Notes under the pieces: model-generated
Databases searched by the model: none
Seen by the model: only the letters and a program-made list of their open reading frames with translations
What the model was told of the DNA's origin: nothing
Assembly: GCF_033153115.1 (NCBI RefSeq)
Contig: NW_026889835.1
Coordinates: forward strand, 3,844,001 to 3,908,000
Length of the DNA: 64,000 bases
Origin: Saccostrea echinata
Taxonomy: Eukaryota
Direction: 5' to 3'
Shown here: positions 1 through 24,466 of the stretch, piece after piece
Layout of the letters: the number at the start of each line of letters is the position of its first letter
How positions within the stretch are numbered: position 1 is the stretch's first letter
Position numbers and translations under genes: made by a program

Positions 1-10914
<10,914 letters not shown>

Positions 10915-13900
10915 ACATAGCATAGTGATGTGGCTCACAGCCTTTCCAGTTTGATTAGGTTGAGAGGAGAAATGTGCCATGAAATAGGGTTTATGATTTA
11001 GTGAAATCTTAATTAGATCTAAGGATACAACATACATGTACAAGGGTTGTCTATAAAGTGTGTAGACAAATGCTTTATAAATTTAATATTTTCTTAATAA
11101 TTACCACACTGCCAAATGTGTACAATAATATTTTAATATAGACCATGATTTAGTACCAGGTAAATATATAAAAATTAAAACAATACAAACTATTATAGGT
11201 GTGAATACTTTGTATATGCAAGTCACACAGCCCAGTGTGACATAAAGCTAGTTTCATGATAATGTCAAAAATATTGATTTTGAATTTTTTTAACATGTTT
11301 GTGGAGACACACTATTTTAATCTTTATTATACCACACTGCCAATTGTGTGCGATAATATTTATATATTAGACTATAAATGAGTAAATTTTTAAAATTTAA
11401 AAACTATACATGATAATTTACAAACCATACCAGTATAAAAACTTCATATACAGCCCTATCTGATATTGTGCTCCATTAATAACAACATCAGGAAGATGGA
11501 TATCTTATTTTTATCAATTAACTGTGGTTTTCCATTCTTGTAGTGTCTCCCCAATTTTACCACTGAAAAATCATACATACGAAATTCAAATCAATGAACT
11601 AACTATATTCCAATAATTTCCAATTGTTTAATTATTTTGTCTTTGACATTGTTTCAACCATAATAAAACATAATTTTATGATTGGAAGCTGTTCCATTTA
11701 GATGGCCAATGTTGCTTTTTCTGTCAATTATTGAAAAAAGTTTCTTGTTTTTAATATTTTCAGTATCTGACCAATAAGTGAAACTAAAAACATCAGAAAA
11801 TGACAACAGCCACTTTATTTGGAGCACATTTAATTTTCTGCCTAGGATTTTTGTAACAAATATTTTGGTAAACAATAAGTATATCTTGGACCATTCAGTT
11901 TGACAAAAATGTCTTTGTCCATGAACTTCACTGACAACCTCATTTATCCTCTTTTACTCTAGAATGGATCAAAGGATGTTTATACTCTTATCTACATGTA
12001 TTGGCTATTTACCTATGTCATTCATTATGAACAATGTTATAAAAAAAAATCTTAAAATATGAATTTACCCCCTTGTTTCAGAAGGAAATGTTGAAAATTG
12101 TTGGCAGAAAAGATTTATTTTACATAAATTTATCTGGTAAGAAAATCAGAAGTTACTGTTATACCTATGCATGTTGGGGCAGAGTTTAATCTGTTAAATA
12201 ACTTTATATTTACTGCTGGTGCTTTCAAATATTGAAAGTTGTTTCTAAGACCTTATATTGGAAAAAGTTTTGTAGCTTTTTATTCCCAGTATTCACAAAG
12301 CTTAAATTTAAGCTTATATTTAAGATTTTAGGAGGCAAGGATAAAAAATAAAGTTGCAAAAAAATGTTCAAGGAAGGATCTACATGTACAGGCATTGTAG
12401 AAATGTGTCTATTGAACAAGTATACAACACTTGATCTGAAAATCAGCCCTTTAAGGGCATGATCTAAACCATGTACATAATGAACTGTAATAATTAGTAA
12501 AGATCTAAACCATGTACATAATAACTGTTACAGTAATAATTATTAAAGGTCTACCAGTAGACTATGTACATAATAAATTGATAAGTAGTCAAGATCTAAA
12601 CCATGTACATACATGTAGTAACTGTATTAAGTGCTTAAGCACTATAAATTTTACACAACAAGAGAGAATTATTTTACTTCAATCAGAGAAATTTCAGTAT
12701 AAATATTTCCACATATTGTAGATCACCAACTTTTTGTGTTGTAAAAGAAATCAAGAAATTGTTGTATTTAATCTTTACTAATGCAAATATACGTCAGATT
12801 GAAATTATCGCAAGCAGGCAGTCCCATGTCCATTTTTTAGGTTAATTGATTACTGTTGTGCAATAATGCTGAGATTTTTTTCTTCTAAATTTTTTTCTTA
12901 GCTTTAAGATCTTACTTCGGTTTAATTAATACATTTGTAGTACAAATGAAGTCTTTGATCAGTATCTGTCGCAGATAGTTAAAAATCATAATTATCAACA
13001 TGTCACACAAGTTATTTATAACCATGATTATTGACTACATCACCATATTTAGTTTATAATATATGCAAATTAGGAATATCATAAATCTTCTTTATACATG
13101 TATTTATATATATGCATCCTACAACATTTTCATTTTACCAAATTTTCCTCTGATAATATTGAATATATTATTACCCTCAAGTACATTTAAGTATATAACA
13201 AGCATAATCTTTGTTGATTTTTGAATGCAATGTTTTTTTGTTTGCTTTGTGACTGTAAAAAGCACTTTTTGTTTTTAGCTAATTTTTATGTGTAGCTTAA
13301 AGTCTTTTCAAAACCTTCCATAACATATTCCTACAGAAAATAGCAATGCCATGTAATGTTTTTAAACACTCTATCAGCTAACTCTGAGAAACCATGACAG
13401 ATCAAAATGAAGCATAAATTTCAAAACTTCACTTACAAAATAAATGCATTATTTTTAAATCCTTTATATTTACATTCATTGAATATTTTCTCTCTTATTT
13501 CTTATGAAAACCACTTCCTTTCATCAATCCATTAATGCCACTAAACTAGTTAAAAACTGGTTTTTCACAGCAATTTGTACGAAAGTGTGCTTTTTCATCA
13601 ATGAAACACACACAACATACAGATCAATAATACAGTATTTAACAAACTTAAACCTTCTTTGTACAGTTACTTATACAAATATAAATGTGAACAATAAAAT
13701 GTCTTTTTTTTGTTAATGCAGAATTGTTGCAACCCTTGCAGAAAAAAAATAACGTAACATCCATAAGCTGGTGACATATTTTCTGCAATAGTTGCAACTG
13801 TAAATTCCCACATTAACAAAGAAATTTTAGTGTTTAAATGATATTGCTTTATTGCACTGTTATAAGAAACAGATTTTTACATCACAAACTTTTTTTTAAA

Positions 13901-15635
13901 TTTACATCATAAACTTACAAGATTCATTAAAAAAAAAAAACAATTTGGAAGTTGTTTTTTTTAAAATACCGGTAAATGTTGGTGCATGCCACCTTTTTAA
14001 AACAAAGATTTTGATAATCGATTTTGTATAAAGTACATGTATATGAAATGCAGATTTGTCATTTTGTATGTCTATATACACTTTGTATATGGTGTTTTGG
14101 GCAAAGCTTCGAAGGAATAATGAATGAATTAAAGAGCTGTTTATTTTGATATTTTATGAGAGGAATTTATACTGCACCTGTGTACAAAAAGTACATATAA
14201 TTTTGCTTTTAATTACATTATGTTTGTTGGTTTTGAATTATACTTGTATAATATATGTAACAGCCATGTATAACAACTTACTTCAGTGCATAGAGCAGCA
14301 CTTGATATCATATCTAGTCAGATTACATTATACAGTCCACACTTTAATGTCCAAGTACATTGTGTTCTACATAAATGTTTATATAATCAGCTTGAGTGTA
14401 TATATGTATCTTGGTTTTTGTGACATTCCATTTCTTTTTATATATCAACATGCTGCATTGCTTAGAACTTTTGTTAGAGACTATCAACATGTTGTTTAGC
14501 ATACATGTAGATTAGAGGCTTCTCCAGAACTCTGTCAAAAGTGTTTTTCTATATGCGAGTTTTGAGATTGTAACTCTCCTACGATAGAGGCGCAAAAAGA
14601 ATCTATATCAGCATGGAAGTGGGACAGTTAGTTCATGTATACAAACTTGCATAAATAAAAGAACAATGACAGTGGCTTTTAAAATTCATTTGATGTTATA
14701 AAAAGATGAAAATGCTAAGGAGTGATCATTTTAAAGATTTTGTAAAGCTCTTTTATATATATTTACAACTTGAAAATGAAAGAACCGTACATCATGGTCT
14801 TTATATATTGTTATAAAAAATAATTATTTAATTGTACAAACCTTTTCTAAAAAGTTATTGGGTCTTAGAAGTTATTATAAGAAAAGAGTCATTCAGAATG
14901 CCGACGTACAATGATCAGGTGCGTGTTTATTTATTAGAGATCCATATAGCTGTATAGATCTATTCCCTCGTTTGATGTTTTATCCACTGATATTTTCTTT
15001 TCTTCTGATTTTTCTTTTCTCTTGTTCAGGTTTTTTTTTTTTTTGCGCCTTTACTTTAATTTGGTAATATGTACATCCCGACAATGAGTTGGATAGACTG
15101 GTATATAGAGGATGTAATGTATCCAATATAAATAACTGTCCCACCTGCCTGTTTACGTGGAAACAAAACTCCCCTCCGTAACGAAAGTGCACCAAGGGAG
15201 ATAATCTCGAAACTTGCGTATTGTATACTGAGGGTAGATCTAAGGATTTTCAATGAATGATGAGTAATCAAGTAGGCCAGAGGTAAAAAATATTATGTTA
15301 TGTAAATTTTAGAGTGTAACACTACACACATTAATATGCCACCTATTCATCACATTTTCCTCAGTGTTTTATATAAACCTACTTTGTAAACAAATAAGCA
15401 TACTACAGTAATTTTTATTGGTATGAAAGTAGTTTTGCTGCAAGGCATTTTGATTTACCTATTACATGTACGTCATTATCAATGATTTGCTTCATTTTTC
15501 TTGCATACGTTTGATCGTATATGTAGAGCATTAATTTTGTTTTGATGGAAGGAATATGCAAAGAGTTTTTTTAAGCCTTTTTTTTTCCTTACAATAATAC
15601 AATGTTGCATTACATTTTCATTCCCATCTGATTTA

Positions 15636-15832
15636 AAAAGGCTGGGTGGTCTCTGCCATTTTTAGATTATTATTATTATATGGAAAAGAAGAGCTATGTA
15701 TAAAAATATAGGATGTATAAAAATTATAGGAAACTGCATTATTTTTTTTTTTTACTAAATAATAGTAAATGGCTTGAAAAAAACATATTTTGGATGGATC
15801 TGTTGGTTAATTAGTTGACCACTCACACTCCT
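15636..15832. mobile_element. Kolobok-like short element, second copy
   Basis: aggctgggtggtctctgccatttttag...ttaattagttgaccactcacactcc; similar to 173-377. Confidence 0.6.
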
Positions 15833-15865
15833 TAGTGACTTATTTTCTTTTCATTTTCATTTTTT

Positions 15866-15898
<33 letters not shown>

Positions 15899-16302
15899 TG
15901 ACAACTTTCATGATAATCTAATATTTATATTAATAATCTTTAACTTTAAACAAATTGATAAATAAGTTTTTATATAATAGCTCAATACCAATTTTAACCA
16001 GTATTAATACAAAAACCAGTGTTGTACTGCTCTTGATTATGATAAAGTACACTTATTGGAAAGGTTGTGTATTATTAAAGTGAAATATTTTTTCTCAGAC
16101 AACTTTTACATTTTGTTTATATTTTACTTGTTTTTTTTTACAACACATATTTGTATACAGATACAAGCAGCAATAAATTAGGAGACTGTTAAGGGTTGTT
16201 TTTTTTTCATTAATATAACACTTTGGCCAAACATTTTTTAAGTTGTTTTATACCAGTAGTTGTTTTTCAATACTGAACAAACAAAATTTTCAAGAATTCA
16301 GC

Positions 16303-17288
16303 AAGAAGTGTTTGTGAAACACTGATGCCGATATGGCAACTCAAGACCAAAGTTAAAGTTTTTCAAATGTAGGTCAAACTTCAAGGTCAAGAGTTCAAAT
16401 ATGTTGGTACCTAAAGAAAGGTCTTGTCGCAAGGAATATACATGTGAAATATGAAAGCCCTAGAACCAACCGTTCAGAAAGTATGGCCAAGGTTAAAGTT
16501 ATTCAAAAGTAAGTCATATTCAAAGATCAAGATCATGAGATAAAATAGATTGGTGCCAAAGAAAAGGTCTTGTCAGAAGGAATATATAAGTGAAATATAA
16601 AAGCCCCAGCACCATATGTTCAAATGTTATGGCCAAGATTAATTTTTTTTTTCAAATGTAGGTGACTCAAAGGTCAAGGTCATTAGGTCAAAACAATTAT
16701 TATCCTAAGGAAGGTCTTGTCACAAGGAATACACAATGAAAGCCCTTGTTCCAACCGTTTAAAAATTGTGACCAAGGTTAAAGTCTGGTAAAATTTTGCA
16801 AAAGTATGTAAAACTCCAAGGTCAAGACGTCAAATATGTTAGTACCCAAAGAAAAGTCCCCACAAGAAATACACATCTGATACATGAAAGCCCTAGCATC
16901 AACGGCCAAGGTTAAAGTTTTTCAAAAGTAGGCCAAACTTCAAGGTCAAATGGTAAAAAATGCTGGTATCAAAAGGATTGTCTTGACACATTGAATATGC
17001 ATGTAAAATATATAAAAGCCCTAGTACTAACTGTTCAAAAGTCATGGCCAACGTGAAAGTTTGGTAAATTTTTTGCAAAAGGAGGACAAACTCCAAGGTC
17101 AAGGTCAAATATGTTGGTACCCAAAGAAAGGTCTTGTCACAAGGAATACACTTGTGAAATATGAATGCCTTAACACCAACCAAATTTAAGTTATGGGCAA
17201 GGTTAAAGTTTTTGCAGACAAAGTGATCAACAGACAGACATAACAAAAACTTTATGCCCCAAATTCTTCGATTAGGGGGGCATAAAAA
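16303..17288 (-). mobile_element. Helentron-type element (family C) with ~146-bp tandem units
   Basis: Repeated aaggtcttgtcacaaggaatacacatgtgaaatatgaaagccctag units; terminal hairpin atgcccc...ggggcataaaa. Confidence 0.7.
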
Positions 17289-17546
17289 ACAAGAGGCCCA
17301 TGAGCCAAGCACAGCTGAGTCAATGTGACTGCTGTTCTTCATCAGCAGATTTTGCGGGACTTTAAATGTCATTCATCAGTCAGTCTGTCACAAAAACTTT
17401 AACCTTTGTCATAACTTTTAAACGAGAGAAGATAGGGCTCTAATACTTCACATGTACATTTCGTTTTACAAGACCTTTCCAAATGTACTTTGACCTACTT
17501 TTCAAATATTTTAACAATGGTGATGACTTTTGAATGAGAGAAGAGC

Positions 17547-17836
17547 GTTTGTTTGTTTGTTTATTGATTAACGTCCCTCTCGAGAATTTTTCACTCATAT
17601 GGAGATGCCACCACTTGCAGATGGAGGGCTGCAAATTAAAACTTATACTCTGCACTAAGGGCCATTGAGCAGTTTTTCTTTTTTATGCCAACACCTACTG
17701 CGAAATGGTACCTCGGTTTATACGGTCTCATCCTAAGGACCGGTCTCCACATCCCGCAGTGGATTCGAACCCGGGAGGTAAAATCAGCTCCTTACTTAGC
17801 GACTCTAGAGCAGATGCTCTAACCACTGCGCCATGG
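17547..17836 (-). mobile_element. tRNA-derived SINE
   Basis: The minus strand has an A box (TGGCGCAGTGGTTAG), a B box (GGTTCGAATCC), a body, and an (AAAC)n tail. Confidence 0.8.
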
Positions 17837-17864
17837 AAGAGTGTTCATATTGACTATGTGTAGA

Positions 17865-18025
17865 GTGTTTGTATTCTTTTTAATGCCAGCACCTACTGCA
17901 ACATGGTTTATATGGTCTCATCCGAAAGACTCTCCATGTCCTGCTGTGGTATTCGAACCCGCTACGTAAGGATCAACTCCTTACTCTGCGAATCTAGAGC
18001 AAACGCTCTAACCACTACACCATGT
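17865..18025 (-). mobile_element. Partial SINE copy (5' half)
   Basis: Aligns with 17680-17836 (cacctactgc...ggtctcatcc...attcgaaccc...ctctaaccact). Confidence 0.7.
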
Positions 18026-18107
18026 GGGCAACAGAAAGGTAAAGTTTATAGTCTTGCTCTTACAGTACTTTGCCATGCACTATTTCTACTATTTACTCTC
18101 TGACCAG

Positions 18108-18332
18108 GCACCAAGACCATAAACTGAGAACAGACTTAACTCAAAATTTCAAAGCAATATAACTTTTGAAATAATTTTGATAATGAAACAAAATTTTCAT
18201 CATATGTTTGAACTTGAATATACATGTGTATTACAAACCTGCTTATTTTTAAGCACATATGTTAAATAAAACTCAAGATATTCAAAATCAAAATTTGGAC
18301 TTAAGTCTGTTCTCAGTTTATGGTCTGGAGGC
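18108..18332. mobile_element. PIF/Harbinger-like MITE
   Basis: TIR agaccataaactgagaacagacttaa / ttaagtctgttctcagtttatggtct; flanks cag/ctg. Confidence 0.7.
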
Positions 18333-18577
18333 CTGATCCATACCATCCACAGCATTCTCAGCCACAGAGCTTCTATACATATGGCACTAATGCATTTACA
18401 TCCACATAGCCAGCGCGTTTCATGTGCCAGGTTGAGAGGGTTCAGAGGTAGACTCAAAGTAACTTGCCCAGATTTTTTTGTGACAGACCAGACTCACTGG
18501 GTCTGAAGCCATCCATGCCAACCACTGCACCATCATTAAGTAAGCCACAGTGTTAGTCCAAGGAACAAAAAGAAATA

Positions 18578-19018
18578 CCATAAAATCCCTTTTAACCACC
18601 CCGGGCACTAAGAAAATTGCAAAAAGGGGACGGTTATTTTGGTATTCTCATAATAATATTTAATTTCATATTTTAACTTCAAGAAATCTTTCGAAAAAAA
18701 TTAAATTCAGAGAACCACTAGTCTTACTTTCCTTAACCATAAGATAATCCACCCAAATTATGCTTAATGATTTATTTTTCCACCGAAATACATAATGATT
18801 AGGTCGTTCTAAGAATCTATCAATTTTAGGAATACTTTACATACAAATTACCCAATAACCGAGTTTAATTTTCACTTTCTTCAAAATATGGCGGACTTTC
18901 GATAGGATTCTAGATATTTTTAATCACAGTACAGGGGGCCCTTATTTCCCAACAATCGAAAGAAGGCCTAGGGGGTACGTGCTTATTGGGGCAGGTGCGG
19001 TTAATAGGGATTTTATGG
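18578..19018. mobile_element. Tc1/mariner-type MITE
   Basis: ta|ccataaaatccct...agggattttatgg|ta. Confidence 0.75.
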
Positions 19019-19096
19019 TATTTACATTGCTGTGTTTTTCTTCTTAACCAGCTATGAAATTAATTTGAATGCCATTTTCGTTTATACTTACTTAAA

Positions 19097-19866
19097 AAAC
19101 AAGAAGTCTGAGAGCCAATGCTCACTAATAATATCCCCGCTCTGATGTAAATACACAAGTTCATTTATGGACAGACACAGGGATAAACAGGAAGTTGACA
19201 TGAGATTCGTACAAAAATAAATTCCGCCATATGACAAGCCTAAACAAAGAGTGTGCTAAACTCTCAAGCATCTGTGATAAGTACTGGTAGTTGCTGAGAA
19301 AACTGCGCCAAAATTTGATATGTATGGTACGACAGTCGCATGAATAAACGGGAAGTTAACATCAGATTCATACAAAAATGAATCCCACCGTATGGCAAGC
19401 CTAAACAAAGAGTGTGCTAAAATTTCAAGCATCTGCGATGAATAGTTGCTGAGAAAACTCCGATCAAAATTTGCTATGCATGGTACTGACAGATGCACTG
19501 ATAAACAGGAAGTCAACATCGTATTCTCACAAAAATAAATCCCACCACATGGCATGCCTAAACAAAAATTGTGCTAAAATTTTAAGCATCTGCGAAGAGT
19601 AGTTGCTGAGAAAACTACGACCAAAATTTGTTATGTATGGTACGGACAGACACACGGATAAACAGGAAGTTGACATCGGATTTGTACAAAAATGAATCCC
19701 ACTATATGGCATGCCTAAACAAAGAGTGTGCTAAAATTTCAAATCTGCACTGAGTAGTTGCTGAGAAAACTGTGACGAAAATTTGTTATGGACAGACACA
19801 TGGACACACAGACAGACACACAAGGGTAGAACAGTATATCCCCCTCTCCTTCGGAACGTTGGTATC
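19097..19866 (-). mobile_element. Helentron-type element (family B) with ~158-bp tandem units
   Basis: aacaagaagtctgagagccaatgctc end; repeated atggcatgcctaaacaaa...agtagttgctgagaaaact units; second copy at 21847-22457. Confidence 0.75.
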
Positions 19867-19898
19867 ATTAACATCAGCACAAAAAAAAATACTATAAA

Positions 19899-20529
19899 AC
19901 AAGAGGCCCAAGAACTTAAACAGCCGACACACGAGTATAATACAACCCTGTTAAAGATCATGGAATGGTAATTATATAATAACACAAAAATAAACTGACT
20001 GAAAAAGGATTATCAGGGCTCAACAAAATAGTTTAATTTTCTGGTAATCAACAACTCAGAAATTCGCCTGTGTATCTCAGTGCTTATAATCTATACTCTA
20101 CCACTATATTATTATCAAACATTACAATTATTATAGTGCTTTAGCATAAAACACAGTGTTCACAAAGTAACAATCCCATGATGTTTTCTCTTGGTCTTTG
20201 AATAATATTAAATTAGATGATGTAATGTGCAAGTAAAGAGTAAGAACATTGTTAAAGAAAGCATTAATTTTGATAGTTTTAGTTCCACCCCTCAGGCCCT
20301 AGGAGGAGTAAGGACCATAAAATTCACAATTTTTTTGTTTCCCTTTACTCGTAGATGGTACTCATAGATGGTATATGCCAAACTGGTAGAAACTGGTTTG
20401 GCGGATCCAGAGAAGAAACTGAAAATGTTCAAAGTTTAACACACGGCAAACAACGACAGGTGAAAACACACGGGTAACAATGACAGGTGAAAACAGATAG
20501 TTACCTGAGTGACTCAGTTGAACTAAAAA
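19899..20529 (-). mobile_element. Degenerate Helentron-type element
   Basis: aacaagaggccc at one end and acctgagtgactcagttgaactaaaaa at the other. Confidence 0.5.
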
Positions 20530-20594
20530 TGAAATGAAATGTTAATCACAAAATGAATCCATTTACTTTATTCATTTTTTAATGGTAAAACCAG

Positions 20595-20722
20595 GCTCCG
20601 GGGCCATAAAACTTAGATGAGCTCACTTTTGATCTCAGTCTCACTTTTACTAAAGGAATTAATAGAAGAAAAGTGAGACTGAGATCAAAATTGAGTTAAT
20701 CTAAGTTTTATGGCCCCGGAGC
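20595..20722. mobile_element. 128-bp fold-back MITE (PIF/Harbinger-like)
   Basis: cag|gctccggggccataaaacttagat...atctaagttttatggccccggagc|cag; 3-bp duplication CAG. Confidence 0.85.
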
Positions 20723-21743
20723 CAGGGGATATTTTATTGGGAAAATTCTCGTCACTTTCTTGTGTAAATTAATTGTGACAATTATGAAATGGTAAAGGAA
20801 AATTTGTTAGTGTCTAAGTTATAAAGCATGAAGTCATGACTAATGGCTGTTTCTTGAAAACCCGAAAACCCTATATTCCAAGCATCAAAATAATCCAAAA
20901 TTTAAATAATACACTGTCTTTAAATTCTAGAAATGAAAAATATACCCAAATCTGACAATGTCAGTATACCCAACCAACGTCCAGAGCTACTATAAAGTAG
21001 TCTTGCATAAAGTGCTCATAATTTGGGTATTTTTTTTTCATTTGTTCCAAGAAATGAAGATGGGTATATCTATGACTACTGAAATTAAAAATAATGCCAT
21101 GTTTGTGGGGAAGAAATCATGACAACAGGAAAATTGTATGTTTATTATAAGAAATTGTGGAATAAAGGCCCAAAATGACAAAATTTCAAATCACTCTTTA
21201 TGGCTTGATCCATCCTTCAACTGTCAATTAGAACAAGAGGGTCATGGGTCACAGCACTCACCTGATTAATCTTAGCCCTGCTGTTTCTCAGAGGCTCTAT
21301 ACAAGATCCCCCTTCTTTAATTCATGACTCCATACATGTATTATGGCCCCATTCAAGCTCAAGGGGTCCTGACAGAACTTGAATAGATACCACATGGAGA
21401 TTCTTCAAAATCAACATTGCCTTATTGCTCTGGAGAAGATTTTAGTCGCATCCTAACTCCAGGCCAGTCCAGGGTCCAAAATTAAAAAAAAGAGAGAAAA
21501 AAGACACACAAATTGAGAATATAGTTGCATATTAATTGGTTTAGTATGAGCCTGTTAATTTTGACATTAATTTTTTTTTATATATTCCCAAATAAGCCCC
21601 TGAGGCCATGTAATGAAAAAACTTGAATCTGCACTTCATTTGGATGCTTGCATATTTAATATGACTATTATCATGGCCCACTGATTATTGAAAAGAAAAT
21701 CTTTAAAGATGTTTCCATTATATTCACATGTAAAATATTATAC

Positions 21744-22495
21744 ATTTATTGCATGATCATGAGGGAAATATGAAGATTTATTCAGCCAAGAAAAATCATA
21801 TTCCCCGAGGGCTTCGCCCGAGGGGAATATGATATTTCTTGGCTGAACAAGAAGTCTGTGAGCCAATGCTCATTAGTAATACCCCTGCTTTGATGTGAAT
21901 GTACACAAGTTCAGTTATGAACAGACACAAGGATGAACAAGAAATTGACATCAGATTCGTACAAAAATGAATCCCATCATATGGCATGCCTAAACAAAAA
22001 ATGTGCTAAAATTTCAAGCAACTGCAATCAGTAGTTGCTGAGAAAACTGCGACCAAAATTTGTTATCTATGGTACAGACTGACACTTGGATAAACAGGAA
22101 GTTGACATCCGATTCGTACAAAAATGATTCCCACCATATGGCATGCCTAAACAAAGAATGTGCTAAAATTTCAAGCTTCTGCAATGAGTAGTTGCTGAGA
22201 AAATTGCAACCAAAATTTGATATGTATGGTACGGACAGATGCACGGATAAACAGGAAGTTGACATCGGATTCATACAAAAAAAAATCCCTCCATATGGCA
22301 TGCCTAAACAAAGTGTGTGCTAAAATTTCAAGCATCTGCGATGAGTAGTTGCTAAGAAAACTGTGACGAAAAATTTGTTACGGACAGACAGACACACAGA
22401 CAGACAGACACACAAGGGTTAAACAGTATACCCCCTCTCCTTCCGAGCAGGGGTATAATAAATCTTCATGTTTCCTGAACATTCATGCAATAAAT
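21744..22495. repeat. Long imperfect palindrome (core ccccgagggcttcgcccgagggg) interrupted by a family-B element
   Basis: The left arm ttattgcatg...gaagatttattcagcc pairs with ggctga[insert]ataaatcttc...catgcaataa. Confidence 0.8.
21847..22457 (-). mobile_element. Helentron-type element (family B)
   Basis: Same ends and ~158-bp units as 19097-19866; inserted A^A (T^T) with no target duplication, as shown by the intact opposite arm of the host palindrome. Confidence 0.8.
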
Positions 22496-23105
22496 TGTTT
22501 ATTACACCGAAACAAGCAAAAACTTTAAAAATAAACATAAACTTTCAAATTTGGCACTGCTCTCAATTTTAATGCAATTTTACTGAAACAATTTACAGAA
22601 GTTCATCAGCAATTTTGTGACATGAACCAGGCTATTGTGATGTCACTACTCTCGGGAGTTTTCGTTCAGAGACTGATAACTATTGCGGGAAAATGCATTA
22701 GGTCTCCTAAGAGGTTGAATATGATGAAAAACTTGACGACGACAGGGAAATCTGAATTTTATGGCCCTGTCACGTGATAATCTAGAACCAATCAGATAAT
22801 GCGTTGTATAGAATAATTATAATGAGGTATAATAATATCCGTAATTGTTGCCCTACCCCTTGGGCATTGATTTGTCAACAGATTTCATTCTGCACTACCT
22901 TGGGATTCTTGCATGTCAATATGACAAATCATAGAGCCACTGTTGTTCTCCAAAAGAAGAACTGAAAGGGTTTTTTCCCCTTTATATTCCCATGTATCCC
23001 ATATTTTAGCCCTATCCCCAGGGACCATGATTTGGGGAGGAAAAAAAATTGAAATATGTAAAATCCTTATGATGCTTGCATGTTAGGACCATAGTGCAGA
23101 CAATT

Positions 23106-23421
23106 TAGCAAAAATATTGGCCCAACCTTAAAATAATTACAACAGAAATATTTAGTGATTTAAATGACATGATTTCAATATGTACATTAATTTTTTTTTA
23201 ATCCGGACTCTGAGTACTCCGGAATTTTGTCCATTTCGGCTATAAATTTTAGTCCCATGCAAAAATAGCAAAAATATTGGCCCAACCTTAAAATAATTGC
23301 AACAGAAATATTTAGTGATTTAAATGACATGATTTCAATATGTACAGTAAAATTTTTTTAATCCAGACTCTGAGTACTCTGGAATTTTGTCCATTTCGGC
23401 TATGAATTTTAGTCCCATGCA
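23106..23421. repeat. Tandem duplication, 160-bp unit x2
   Basis: tagcaaaaatattggcccaacc...ttttagtcccatgca occurs twice with few mismatches. Confidence 0.9.
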
Positions 23422-24249
23422 CTTCTTTAACAAATGCATTATGAAAAATTCCGTGTAGTCCGAATGCAAATACAATGCAATTAACACCTTTGTGGTAGAT
23501 GAGCTAACGTGTGTTTACATAAGTCTAAATCTGAAACGCGGCGGTGACTCAACCCACTTGAGGAAATATCAAGTTAAGTTAAAAGTAGATTTTAAAAAAT
23601 GCTTACATGTTTAACTTGCTTTCAACTCCATATAACACAGTATAATATAAAATCAATGACAATAAAGGTACATGATTTACAAATCAAAACATAGATCGGG
23701 ATCGAAACTCATTGACAAACATCTAATTTCAAAATGGCGCCATAACATTGAAGGGAAGATGTAAATGTTTAAATATTAAGAATTAAAATGTCAATTCAAT
23801 AATTATCAAATCGTAAATAATGATGTTTATGGTTAAGTTGAATGCGCTTTCCAACTTGCAAAACCCGCACTTAAGGCCATCATTAAAAATATCTTTGTTT
23901 CCCCTAACCCGATCAAAAATCTCAAGTTGGGTAGCAGCTTTGAAAATACATTCTTAAAATTAGATGGAATGATATCTTTATAAATAAGTTAAGTACAAAA
24001 GAGAGCGATTTGTAAACAGCTAGAATAATATACAAATGCCGTTAAGACTAACATTTAAGATTAATTCACAACTATTATTCAATCTAACTTGTGAAATATC
24101 TCATACCAGAGTGAATTTGTTGAAATTGAATACATCTGTTCAAAAGATTCTCAGGTACGCAAATACTGGACATCAGAGTATATTTTTCATACCTACTATC
24201 AGCTCTCAGTGCTTATATATGCAATGTACTGTTTCAAGGCTTTTGAATT

Positions 24250-24466
24250 GTGCATTGGTTCTAGAGCATTTCGTTTTGGAGTCTCGAAGGAAGGAGCTAT
24301 TTCTAAGTTGCATGATCAAATCCAAATGCGGGACGTTGAGACGTCTTCGAATGAGATCATAAAAACTTAGGTCCAGTGTCACAGTAGATACTGGCACAAA
24401 AAAGATCCCTCACTGCTCAATGGCTTAAGTGCCATGTACAAGTCTAAATTTGGAGCCCTTCACCAG
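24250..24466 (+). mobile_element. Degenerate SINE copy
   Basis: Matches the reverse complement of the 17547-17836 body (ctcactgctcaatggc...aaatttggagcccttcacc). Confidence 0.6.

Noticed and set aside
10915-15600. Additional gene or a defined ECD 3' UTR end
   Set aside because: The region is very AT-rich with many possible AATAAA signals, plus a degenerate duplication near 11100/11330; nothing can be fixed without transcripts.
17755-18025. tRNA genes
   Set aside because: The A/B boxes belong to SINE heads attached to a SINE body; no clean cloverleaf.
16899-22301. ORFs of 60-157 aa in the repeat zone (e.g. 16899-17372, 19256-19555, 22014-22301)
   Set aside because: They are translations of tandem monomers in non-autonomous elements, with no domain motifs.
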